Of a stretch of DNA of 64,000 nucleotides, positions 1 to 7,954 are shown piece by piece. The stretch lies in IMG/VR virus record IMGVR_UViG_3300031951_000129; one strand, written 5' to 3'. This DNA comes from an uncultured virus (IMG/VR IMGVR_UViG_3300031951_000129). Lineage: Duplodnaviria > Heunggongvirae > Uroviricota > Caudoviricetes. The notes under the pieces are model-generated. The model did not search any database and was not told the DNA's origin. It worked only from the letters and a program-made list of their open reading frames with translations. Within the stretch, counting starts at the first letter, position 1. The number at the start of each line of letters is the position of its first letter. The position numbers and the translations under genes were made by a program.

Positions 1-1867
1 TCGGCGACTGCTGGTACTGCGCGTTCCACTGGAACAGGGGCATCGACGCCTTGGTGCGCAAGAGCGCGGGCAGGTCGAAGAACTCCGGCCAGAGCGCCTT
101 CTGCACGATCCGCTCGTCGCCGGTCTCCGGGTCCACCTGCAGCTTTTCGAGGATGGCCGGGAACTCGAACACCTCGTATTGGTCGGCGCCGTCGTTGTTG
201 GCCATGTCCCGCACGAGGCAGCCGATGAGGTCGCTCTGGTGCCACCGTGTATTATGGCTCACTACGCCGTTCGCGATGAAGTTCTCCGTATCCTCGACTT
301 GGATGTCGAAGACATCTTCGACGCCGGACAGCTCTATGGACTCAATCGCGTCGTGTGTGAGTTCTGAGATACTCGATGGCGCGAAGCAGGATGTCTTCCG
401 TAGCGCCGTACCCGACGATGAGGTTGCAGTTATTGCATAGGAGGGCACGAACGCGGGAAGAGTCGTGGCAGTGGTCGACGGCCAGTTTACCCTTCCAGTT
501 TGGCGGAGTGTTGTGCTCAGTAGGCGGAAGCCCGCAAATGGCGCACCTGCCGCCTTGTTCAGCCAGCATGCGGTTGTACTCGTTGAGCGATATTCCGTAC
601 CGGTGCTTGAGGTGAGCATCCCGGTTTTTGTCCGCACTCCGGCGCCCATACCCGTCCGCCCACCGCTGCCGGTTGTAATGCGCTGCGCAAAGTCCCCCAG
701 AGCGCGCTTGAGAACTACAACCTTCGTGGCGGCAGGTAGCGTCTGCCCACTTCCCCCAGTGGCCCGGACCGCGCCGGGGACGCCCGGGATGTTTTCTGTG
801 GTAGTGGTCGGCTGCGATACACGCCGCGCACTTGCCGGGCCGGGTTTTTGCCTTGCTTTGCCTCTCGCAGCCGGGAGTGACACAAGCAAATCCCCCGGTT
901 TCAAGTCTGCTACCTTCACCCATTTCTGCCCCTCCGGCGTCTCGACGAGGAACGGATGCCTCGCATTTGCCCGAAGGAGTCTAGATGAGGTTGTCTTGAT
1001 TGTATAGACGCAATCAGCTCCTTGGTTCGCCCAGTTGAGCACTTTTCTCGGCACGAGTCCGATACCGTCGTATGACGCAACCACGTCGCCGGGCCGGATG
1101 TCCTGCAGCGGACGCTCCATACCGTCGGCCATGCGCACGGGGGTGTCCCCTGTCATGCAGTGTACCACCGCCACCTTGCCGTTTGGCATGAGGCGCGTCC
1201 GGGCGCCGTAGGCGAACCATTCGTAGGCTTTCTCGAAGACCCCGAAGTTCCCGTTCAGGATGTCCTGCTCGGAGTGGGGGTCGTCAACCAAGAGGAGGTG
1301 GGCCCCGCGGCCCGCCAGCGCAGAGCCGACACCCGCAGCGAAAAACTCGCCACCGTCGCTCGTGCTCCACCGCCCGGCACTCTTGGAGTCGCTGGAGAGG
1401 CTCACCGTGGGGAACACCTCCCGGTACCGGTCCGTCGCAATCAGGTTGCGCACCTTCCGGCCGAAGTCCACGGCGAGGTCCGTCGTGTGCGACACGAGCA
1501 TCACCTTGTGGGTGGGGTTCCGCCCCAGATACCACGCCGCGTAGTAGATCGACACCAGCGTGGACTTGCCGTGCCGCGGTGGCACGGAGACGCATATGCG
1601 GTCCTTGCGCCCGCTCTCGATGTCTTCGAGCAGGTTGGCCAGCCGCCGGTGGTGTGCACCCACCTTGTAGTCGTCCTGCATGTGCAGGCAGAAGGCGATC
1701 AGGTCGTCCCGCAGGGTCTGCAGCCGCTTGCGCTCCGCCAAGTCGTCCACGAGCGCGTAGACCTCGGCCACCTCGGCATCGGACAGCGTGTCGATGTTGT
1801 CGAGAAGCAGCTGCAGCTCCTCTGGCGTGAAATCACCGGCCTTGCGGGGGGAGGCCGTGTCCAGCAT
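1..1867 (-). CDS. terL: Terminase large subunit, intein-containing, 3' end beyond window edge
   Basis: Manual translation from ATG at 1867 (missing from the ORF track because the frame has no stop inside the window). Contains Walker A VPPRHGKS, GVGSALAGRGA, Walker B LLLVDDP and the coupling motif VVH/TRWHQSDLIG split by an intein. Confidence 0.95.
   Translation of the reverse strand, partial: MLDTASPRKAGDFTPEELQLLLDNIDTLSDAEVAEVYALVDDLAERKRLQTLRDDLIAFCLHMQDDYKVGAHHRRLANLLEDIESGRKDRICVSVPPRHGKSTLVSIYYAAWYLGRNPTHKVMLVSHTTDLAVDFGRKVRNLIATDRYREVFPTVSLSSDSKSAGRWSTSDGGEFFAAGVGSALAGRGAHLLLVDDPHSEQDILNGNFGVFEKAYEWFAYGARTRLMPNGKVAVVHCMTGDTPVRMADGMERPLQDIRPGDVVASYDGIGLVPRKVLNWANQGADCVYTIKTTSSRLLRANARHPFLVETPEGQKWVKVADLKPGDLLVSLPAARGKARQKPGPASARRVSQPTTTTENIPGVPGAVRATGGSGQTLPAATKVVVLKRALGDFAQRITTGSGGRTGMGAGVRTKTGMLTSSTGTEYRSTSTTACWLNKAAGAPFAGFRLLSTTLRQTGRVNWPSTTATTLPAFVPSYAITATSSSGTALRKTSCFAPSSISELTHDAIESIELSGVEDVFDIQVEDTENFIANGVVSHNTRWHQSDLIGCLVRDMANNDGADQYEVFEFPAILEKLQVDPETGDERIVQKALWPEFFDLPALLRTKASMPLFQWNAQYQQSP
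251..1159 (-). mobile_element. Intein (303 aa) in TerL
   Basis: Block A CMTGDTPVRMADG (Cys codon 1159-1157), block B-like LRANARHPFLV, blocks F/G VFDIQVEDTENFIANGVVSHN followed by Thr+1. Both ends are in the TerL frame. Confidence 0.93.
342..923 (-). CDS. Endonuclease VII-like (His-Me) homing endonuclease nested out of frame inside the intein
   Basis: YGISLNEYNRMLAEQGGRCAICG...LAVDHCHDSSRVRALLCNNCN signature, N-terminal CxxxxC Zn-finger-like repeats, and its own GGAGG RBS upstream of ATG 923. Confidence 0.9.
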   Translation of the reverse strand: MGEGSRLETGGFACVTPGCERQSKAKTRPGKCAACIAADHYHRKHPGRPRRGPGHWGKWADATCRHEGCSSQARSGGLCAAHYNRQRWADGYGRRSADKNRDAHLKHRYGISLNEYNRMLAEQGGRCAICGLPPTEHNTPPNWKGKLAVDHCHDSSRVRALLCNNCNLIVGYGATEDILLRAIEYLRTHTRRD

Positions 1868-1868
1868 G

Positions 1869-2156
1869 TCAGATATCGTGCCCCGCGTTGATCCGCGAGA
1901 TGTCGTGCATCGCGGTGGCTACCGCCCCGCCGACCTGATACCCTCCAATCGTCCCCATGATGGCGTAGGCCGCCGAATTGTCGTGGTACATCGACACCGT
2001 CACCACCCCCACAACCTCACCGCTCCGGGCCTGCTCCAGCAACTCTTCGAGGTGCTGCACCGTGGTCGCATTGGGCGTGCGCGACGCCGGCTTGGCACTC
2101 GGCTCCGGGGTCACAGCGCAGCCGGGCAGCGCAACGATATTGGTGGTCTCAGTCAT
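1869..2156 (-). CDS. Hypothetical protein (MTETTNIVALPG...)
   Basis: AGGAGG RBS before ATG 2156; stop lies 1 nt before the terL start. Confidence 0.7.
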   Translation of the reverse strand: MTETTNIVALPGCAVTPEPSAKPASRTPNATTVQHLEELLEQARSGEVVGVVTVSMYHDNSAAYAIMGTIGGYQVGGAVATAMHDISRINAGHDI

Positions 2157-2188
2157 CCCAGTGGTCCTCCTGCAGCCCCCTTCGGGGG

Positions 2189-2335
2189 TCATAGCCACGT
2201 CGGCCGGGGGCTCTTGGTCGCCTTCGTGGCACCGGTGGCTGTCGTTGCCTTCGTGGGTTTGGACGACCGGGGCACCTTGCGCTTCCCTGTCGCCTTGGTC
2301 CCCTTCGTGGTGGGGGTCTTCCGGGTGGCCCTCAT
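2189..2335 (-). CDS. Small Lys/Thr-rich basic peptide (48 aa)
   Basis: MRATRKTPTTKGTKATGKRKVPRSSKPTKATTATGATKATKSPRPTWL; ATGA overlap with the terS stop. Confidence 0.5.
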   Translation of the reverse strand: MRATRKTPTTKGTKATGKRKVPRSSKPTKATTATGATKATKSPRPTWL

Positions 2336-2919
2336 TCCAGCTCCTCCGCATCTTCGATGGGGTCGGGGTCTGTCGGGTCGGACGCAGCACCGGGGGTGAC
2401 GTCCTTCAGCTTCATGAGCTTCTCACGCAGCTTGGTCCGCAGGTCGTCGGTGGTCTGGTGGGTAACCGTCACCTCGCTCCGCTCCGTGAACAGCCCCACG
2501 TCCGTGATCTTGCCCAGCAGCTCCAGTGCCCGGATGCGAATGCGGGGATCCGCGTTGTCCGTCTCCTGCACCAGCTTGTTCATCACCAGATGGCGCACCT
2601 GCACGGCGTCTTTCACGATCTCGTGGCCGAACTGCTGCAGCAGCTCCGAGGTCAGCACCAAGGCCGCAGGGGGCATCCGCCCCAGATTGGTGGGCGTCGC
2701 CGCCAGAGAGGTCGATGTGGGATCCTTGGCGTAGGCCGTCAGCAGCCCGGCCGCCATCTCCTTGTCCTCGCTGGTCACCGACAGGTCCAGCCCGTGGGAC
2801 TCCAACAGGCGCGCAGCATTGGCCGCCGCCGAAGCAGACCTGAGCAGCTCTTTCTGCCCCACGAGGTCGTTGCGGTCAGGCACCGGGATACCGGCGTCTA
2901 TGTCGATGCGCAGCGTCAT
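2332..2919 (-). CDS. terS: Putative terminase small subunit
   Basis: Lies upstream of terL; helical RIRALELLGK...VGLFTERSEV motif typical of TerS. Confidence 0.65.
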   Translation of the reverse strand: MTLRIDIDAGIPVPDRNDLVGQKELLRSASAAANAARLLESHGLDLSVTSEDKEMAAGLLTAYAKDPTSTSLAATPTNLGRMPPAALVLTSELLQQFGHEIVKDAVQVRHLVMNKLVQETDNADPRIRIRALELLGKITDVGLFTERSEVTVTHQTTDDLRTKLREKLMKLKDVTPGAASDPTDPDPIEDAEELE

Positions 2920-2925
2920 GCACCG

Positions 2926-2954
2926 AGTGTAGCAGCGGGACGGGCGTCCGGCAA
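2926..2954 (-). promoter_or_regulatory. sigma70-like promoter for terS (probably leaderless)
   Basis: TTGCCG-17bp-TACACT with extended -10 TG; ATG follows 6 nt after the -10. Confidence 0.55.
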
Positions 2955-2990
2955 GCGGGGAGCGTAACGGGCGCCGCCGAACACGCCGAC

Positions 2991-3119
2991 GGCTAAGAAA
3001 GTTCTTACAGCTGCGAAAAATATACTACGCGCCGGCGGCTAAGAAAGTGGTTACATCGGCAAAAATGTCGACAGCTGAGAAAGCGCTTACAACCACGAAA
3101 AATATACTACGCGCCGGCG
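2991..3119. repeat. Three imperfect direct repeats with A-tracts
   Basis: GCT(A/G)AGAAAGnnnTTACA units at 2991, 3037 and 3073; exact CGAAAAATATACTACGCGCCGGCG at 3014-3037 and 3096-3119. Confidence 0.8.
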
Positions 3120-3288
3120 AGTGTCGGAGTCCCATGGGGGGTGTGTTTTGTAGAAACGCTGCGTCGTTTGCGCAGAATCGTATATATAACAGCGCCCGCC
3201 CTACCTAGCCACAGGGGGGGTGGGGGGTACGTGGGGGGCCTACCCCCCGGCGCTGCCACGCCAGACTGCCACGCCAAGCCGCTAGACT

Positions 3289-3307
3289 GTTATGCGCGCT
3301 GCATAAC
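3289..3307. promoter_or_regulatory. First copy of the dispersed 19-bp palindrome GTTATGC-N5-GCATAAC
   Basis: Copies at 3289, 4264, 4579, 6315, 7856, 8012, 8220, 9097, 10280, 12181, 14013, 15698, 20477, 24212, 28188, 34397 and 45485 (0-2 mismatches). Confidence 0.85.
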
Positions 3308-3412
3308 GTAATCAACGACACATTTAATCCTGCGCGACTGGCCGAAATGTGGGACAAAGGGTCATCGGGACAGCGGACACAACGCACCGCGCCGATCATT
3401 GGAGTGACTGAC

Positions 3413-4099
3413 ATGGCAAACGCTGTGAAAATTTCTGACATGACCATCCCCACGCTCTTTGCTGGCGTATTCGCCGCTGACGTGAAAGCGGAAGGCGCAA
3501 AGCGCCGCCTGTTCGGCGAGCTGTCTGCACGACAGGTTACCCTGCCGGACTTGGCCGACGGCGGTCGCCACCGCGCGGCGCTAATCGAAGGCATCCTGAC
3601 CGCGTGGCAAGGCGATGTGTTCGCCGCTGCCTTCGCCATGGCGTCCGGCGAAGTCCCGCTGGACGGTGTGATCGTCATGGCTGACGGCACGAAGGCCAGC
3701 GTGACCAAGACCCGCAAGGTCTGGCAACAGGCGCTGGGCAGCAAGGTCGCCAAGGTGGTCAACGCCTACTCGGCTTTCCGCAAGGCATCGCTGGACAGTG
3801 ACGCGTTCAAGGCGGAAATGGCCAAGGTCCCAGCGGCGAAGGGACGGAAGGCGCGACAGACGGAAGGCACCACCACGCCGGACGCTGACGAGGTTGTTGG
3901 CGAAGAGAGCAAGGCAAGCGCAACCCGCCGCCTGACGTCGGCCGTCACGACAGCGCTCAACATCGTGGCGAAGGATGCTGACGACGAGGAGCCCGATTTC
4001 GGTTCGCTACACGGCGAATTGCGCGCGGCGCTCATCCGCGCGCTGGAATTGTGCAACCCGAACGCGGCGAAAGCCTACGTCGCGCCGGTCGGCGAGTGA
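3413..4099 (+). CDS. Hypothetical early protein (MANAVKISD...)
   Basis: GGAG RBS, coding-like codon usage, followed by an intrinsic terminator. Confidence 0.8.
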   Translation: MANAVKISDMTIPTLFAGVFAADVKAEGAKRRLFGELSARQVTLPDLADGGRHRAALIEGILTAWQGDVFAAAFAMASGEVPLDGVIVMADGTKASVTKTRKVWQQALGSKVAKVVNAYSAFRKASLDSDAFKAEMAKVPAAKGRKARQTEGTTTPDADEVVGEESKASATRRLTSAVTTALNIVAKDADDEEPDFGSLHGELRAALIRALELCNPNAAKAYVAPVGE

Positions 4100-4106
4100 T
4101 CTACTC

Positions 4107-4137
4107 AGCCCCGCAGGGAAACCTGCGGGGCTTTTTT
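4107..4137 (+). terminator. Rho-independent terminator
   Basis: AGCCCCGCAGG-GAAA-CCTGCGGGGCT followed by a T-run. Confidence 0.9.
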
Positions 4138-4334
4138 GTGTCCGCTGTTTGGCGGGCCAAGCCCGCTGTCACGCGGCTATGCCAGTTCCGTCGGTGCACA
4201 CTGCCTGCAGCACCAAGCCACGTGGAGCAGCGCCTATGCCAGTTCCCAGCCAGCACATTGCCTGTTATGCGACCCGCATAACGCCGCTCACGGCGCTGTG
4301 AACTCTGCAAAAATGCACATCAGCTTGGCGTTCT

Positions 4335-4578
4335 AACAAAATGTTCACCGATAAGACAAAACGTTCACCGATCTGGCGTCGTATGACAAAATGTTCAGCG
4401 CTATGACAAAACGTTCACCGGTTTCGTATCGTCAGACAAAATGTTCACCGCTTTGGCGTCGTTTGACAAAATGTTCACCGGTTTCGCGTGTCTAGCGTAG
4501 CCTCGTATCGTTAGACAAAATGTTCACTGATTATACCAGTTCCCAACCAGCACACTGCGTCAGACAAAATGTTCACCG
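4335..4578 (+). repeat. Eight 16-bp iteron-like direct repeats GACAAAAYGTTCACCG
   Basis: Starts at 4335, 4355, 4385, 4405, 4435, 4465, 4514 and 4563 (spacing 20,30,20,30,30,49,49). Confidence 0.9.
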
Positions 4579-5135
4579 GTTATGCGCGGCGCATAACGAT
4601 AACGCGGTATCAGCGTTATAGCTGTAAGTAAATGTTCCGCGAAGTGTCACTTCTGCAAGGGGTAGTTCGCTGTAAGCTCTTGAAACTAGGCTTTGTTCAA
4701 GACGTGCTGCGATTTTTTCAAGTTAAGGTACCCTATAGTGGTAACTTTTCGTACAAAACGGTTTCGAGGCAAGATGTGCTGGAATTTCGTCGAAAAAGTT
4801 ACCACGAATCCTTGGATATATGTTTCCGAAAACACACGCCCGAAATGTTGGTTAGAGCACGGAGAACACGAGGCATTTCAATGGCTTAGCCTACTACTAC
4901 TACATACATAAGTTCTTCTAATAATAATGAGGCTTTTCAAACACTTAGCTTCACCAGCGCCCCCCGTCGCCGCAAAGCCCTTCCCTAGCAATTTCAAGCA
5001 CTTACCATTTTCTCCAACAAGATGTTCACTTAACCGGCCAAAATCGTAACGTTAGTGAACATTTACTGACAATCAAAAAACCTGTTTACATCATTTTCGC
5101 CCCATGTTACACCTCCCGCATCAACGGAGGTTCCC

Positions 5136-6332
5136 ATGATCGACTTGCGCGAGTTCGCCACCCTAAACCAGAACCGGCAGCGTGCGTGCGTAGCTGCGCA
5201 GATGGCCACCTTGGTGCGGACCATCCTGCTATACGACCGGCACAGCCATCTCCGCTGCACCAAGCCCGAGGCAGAGCTGCTCCATAAGTGCCTCCTGCTC
5301 ACCATGCCGGGCCGGCACGAGGCCGAGGCGGTGCGGTCCAGTTTCTTCCCCATGCGGACATCCATCCTGCGCCTTGGCGTGCGGGATCACCTTCTGTCCA
5401 CCTCGCTGCGTTTCGCCGGGCCCATGCGGTTCGCTGTCATGCCCATGTCGCTGCGCGTAGCCGAGCAGGCCGCTCTGTCCATCGCCGAGGAGATCCGCAC
5501 CCGCCGCTTCGACGACCTCTACATGGAGCACGTCGATCTGATGCGCAGTGTCATGGCCGAGGTCGACACGATCCGGCAGCTGCGGCGCGCGGTGTTGCAC
5601 GAGGGTATCTACAAGGTGCCCGGCGATGTGCCGGGGTTGCTGCCAGCGCTGAAGAAGCGGCTGACGTCCATCCGCAGGCTGCGCGGGACGCTCTGGTGCT
5701 TCAACGAGCCCCTGAAACGCCGGGCCCGTGCCAAGACCACGGCCGACGCCGCTTACATGGCGCACTACAGGAACACCGAGGACCAAGCGGCCAAGAACGA
5801 CTGGATCATCGCCAAGGCGCAGCGGACAGAGACGCAGCTGGCCATGGCAGCCTTCAAGGCCGAGTACACTGCCGAGATCGCGCAAGAGCTGCGCCTGTCG
5901 GCCACGATGGCGGCGCGGGAGGCCAAGGAGCTCAACACGGGGTCACGTTGGGTGCGGGAACGGCTGCAGGAGCGGGCCGATCTGGAGCTGCGTGAGCGGC
6001 GCATCCTGTTCGGCTACTTCCCTGCGGAGATGATGCACATCGAGCTGGCGGACACGAGCCTCTACCCTGATCCCCTGCCTGTTGGCGTTGCCCCGGTATC
6101 CCCTGCCGAAGATATCGAGACCGGCGAGGCCGAGCGCTACGTGTTCAGCGACACGGGCGAGTTCATCGGTGAGAGGGAGACCATGGTGCACACCGTCGAC
6201 GGCGCGCTGCAGGTGGTGCCAGACAAGCCCGCGCCGCGGCCGGACATCATACCAGTTCCTGTGCCGCAGGACTTCATGGACGTGCTCGACGCGGCGCGGT
6301 CGCGGTTCGCGTCCGTTATGCGGAGCGCATAA
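5136..6332 (+). CDS. Hypothetical protein (398 aa)
   Basis: GGAGG RBS, long ORF; stop codon lies inside a 19-bp palindrome. Confidence 0.8.
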   Translation: MIDLREFATLNQNRQRACVAAQMATLVRTILLYDRHSHLRCTKPEAELLHKCLLLTMPGRHEAEAVRSSFFPMRTSILRLGVRDHLLSTSLRFAGPMRFAVMPMSLRVAEQAALSIAEEIRTRRFDDLYMEHVDLMRSVMAEVDTIRQLRRAVLHEGIYKVPGDVPGLLPALKKRLTSIRRLRGTLWCFNEPLKRRARAKTTADAAYMAHYRNTEDQAAKNDWIIAKAQRTETQLAMAAFKAEYTAEIAQELRLSATMAAREAKELNTGSRWVRERLQERADLELRERRILFGYFPAEMMHIELADTSLYPDPLPVGVAPVSPAEDIETGEAERYVFSDTGEFIGERETMVHTVDGALQVVPDKPAPRPDIIPVPVPQDFMDVLDAARSRFASVMRSA

Positions 6333-6333
6333 C

Positions 6334-6510
6334 ATGACCTATGGACAGGGCTACGGATGGGCCAGCGGGCAAGGCAACGTATTCCTGCGGCAAGGCCGAG
6401 GCTCCGGAAGGGGCGTCGCTGCCGACAAGGGCCACGCCATCGGCGGCGGATTCGGAGACGGCACGGGGCTGGGAGAAAGCCGCGACATATACGAGGAGAA
6501 CGACGAGTGA
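6334..6510 (+). CDS. Gly-rich small protein 1
   Basis: MTYGQGYGWASGQGN...GGGFGDGTGLG; stop overlaps the next start. Confidence 0.7.
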   Translation: MTYGQGYGWASGQGNVFLRQGRGSGRGVAADKGHAIGGGFGDGTGLGESRDIYEENDE

Positions 6511-6716
6511 CACTGCTGAGCAGCCCGGATTCGCCCTACGACTACGGCCATGGCCTCGCCAGCGGGCGAGGGAACGTCACGTGGCAGCAAGGGAGCGGTG
6601 AGGGCCACGGCCTGTACACGCACGGCGGTGCCGCTGTCGGGAGAGGGGCAAGAACGGGTGCAGGTGACGGCGTGTCGATATGGCACGCTATAGACCGCGT
6701 GGAGAACGACGAATGA
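6507..6716 (+). CDS. Gly-rich small protein 2
   Basis: GTGA overlap, GGAG RBS; YDYGHGLASGRGN...GSGEGHG. Confidence 0.7.
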   Translation: MTLLSSPDSPYDYGHGLASGRGNVTWQQGSGEGHGLYTHGGAAVGRGARTGAGDGVSIWHAIDRVENDE

Positions 6717-6937
6717 CATCTTTCAGAGACGGATCAGGGCAGGCGACGGGGTTCGGCAACATCGCGGTGCGGATGGGCGGCGCAGGGGTCGCACCCCACG
6801 GGTGCGGGAACGACGCAGGACGTGGCACCGGCGGCGGTGACGCCGACGCAGGGCGTGGATGGACTGACGGCGTCGGAGGCGGTGCCGGGGTAGGATGCGA
6901 CGACAACGTCGATATCGGATGGGCGGACAAGCCATGA
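6713..6937 (+). CDS. Gly-rich small protein 3
   Basis: ATGA overlap, GGAG RBS; DGSGQATGFGN...GVGGGAGVG. Confidence 0.7.
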   Translation: MTSFRDGSGQATGFGNIAVRMGGAGVAPHGCGNDAGRGTGGGDADAGRGWTDGVGGGAGVGCDDNVDIGWADKP

Positions 6938-7164
6938 GAACCACGATAACAACCGAGGACGGTGACGGTACGGGGTACGGCAGCGGGATCACGGACAGTG
7001 AAATGTACTTCGGGTACCAGAGCACCGGTGTTGGCGAAGGCGGCGCTCGTGGAGAAGGCGGCGTTGGCGGTATGGGGCTTGGCAGCGGCGCACCGGCGGC
7101 AGGCGGACAGTCGCACAACGGCAAAGGCTACGGCAGCGGGACCACTGGCAAGTGGATTGCATGA
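6934..7164 (+). CDS. Gly-rich small protein 4
   Basis: ATGA overlap; DGDGTGYGSG...GKGYGSG. Confidence 0.7.
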   Translation: MRTTITTEDGDGTGYGSGITDSEMYFGYQSTGVGEGGARGEGGVGGMGLGSGAPAAGGQSHNGKGYGSGTTGKWIA

Positions 7165-7355
7165 TGTACGACACCGGGAAAGCCTCCGGCGCAGGTGCGA
7201 CAGCCGACCGGTACCAAGGACAGGGCGACGGATGGGGAGGGAACGGACGACGGCGCTTTGGCACCGGCGACGCGCCCGGTGGCGGCACGGGAGAGGGTTG
7301 GGGCTACGGTGAACGCAGCCGCTTCACGCTGCAGGGCGCCCATGACCCTGCATGA
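7161..7355 (+). CDS. Gly-rich small protein 5
   Basis: ATGA overlap; GQGDGWGGNG...GTGEGWGYG. Confidence 0.68.
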   Translation: MMYDTGKASGAGATADRYQGQGDGWGGNGRRRFGTGDAPGGGTGEGWGYGERSRFTLQGAHDPA

Positions 7356-7557
7356 AGGCCAAGGCGCGGCCTGTGGTTCCGGGCACCCCTACACCAGCGG
7401 TGCCGGGTATGCGGACGGAGCAGGGTCGCTGGTCGCGTTCAGGGGCGGCGGCGCGGGCTACGGCCACGGCACCGGCGACCGCATGGTCGAGGATACACAC
7501 GGCTGCGTTGCCGGATACGGCGCAGGCTGCGCACATGGGAGGTCGACGATAGGATGA
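7342..7557 (+). CDS. Gly-rich small protein 6
   Basis: GQGAACGSG...GAGYGHGTG; overlaps both neighbours. Confidence 0.68.
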   Translation: MTLHEGQGAACGSGHPYTSGAGYADGAGSLVAFRGGGAGYGHGTGDRMVEDTHGCVAGYGAGCAHGRSTIG

Positions 7558-7820
7558 GCGGAAAAGCAGCACACGCCATACGCAAGGCTGTATGGCCCAC
7601 CGCGCGAGCGGTAAACACAGTAACAGGTACCGGTGTCGCCAGCGGTGGTGGGTACGCTAGGCTCAACCATATAGGCACGGGGGCTGGGCAGGCGACGGGC
7701 GGGCTCGCGGTACCCACGGGCTACGGCGTCGGGATAGCAGGCGAGACTTTCGACGACGCCATGTACGGACCGTACCCGAGCGGCAAAGGGTGGGGATGCG
7801 GAAAGTCGGAGGTATCATGA
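7554..7820 (+). CDS. Gly-rich small protein 7
   Basis: ATGA overlap; GTGVASGGGY...GYGVG...GKGWGCG. Confidence 0.68.
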   Translation: MSGKAAHAIRKAVWPTARAVNTVTGTGVASGGGYARLNHIGTGAGQATGGLAVPTGYGVGIAGETFDDAMYGPYPSGKGWGCGKSEVS

Positions 7821-7919
7821 GCGAGGGCTATGCCAGTTTCGCGAGGTCAGGCCGGGTTATGCCGCGCGCATAACGCGCTATAAGCCCCTGTTATTACTGG
7901 GCTTTTGCCGGGTTGTCAC

Positions 7920-7948
7920 TTGACATAAGGTTTGTTTTATGGTAAGAT
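7920..7948 (+). promoter_or_regulatory. Strong sigma70-like promoter
   Basis: TTGACA-17bp-TAAGAT with TG extension, preceded by a terminator-like hairpin at about 7882-7906. Confidence 0.8.
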
Positions 7949-7954
7949 ACGTAG

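Noticed and set aside
4335..4578. Possible mini-CRISPR array
   Set aside because: Repeats are only 16 bp, spacers are 4-33 bp and partly similar to each other, and there is no cas operon. The Cas4-like gene fits the usual phage replication exonuclease.
6334..7820. Gly-rich region as one frameshifted pseudogene or RiPP precursor cluster
   Set aside because: Each frame change coincides with a start/stop overlap, often with an RBS. There is no shared leader peptide and no recognisable modifying enzyme.
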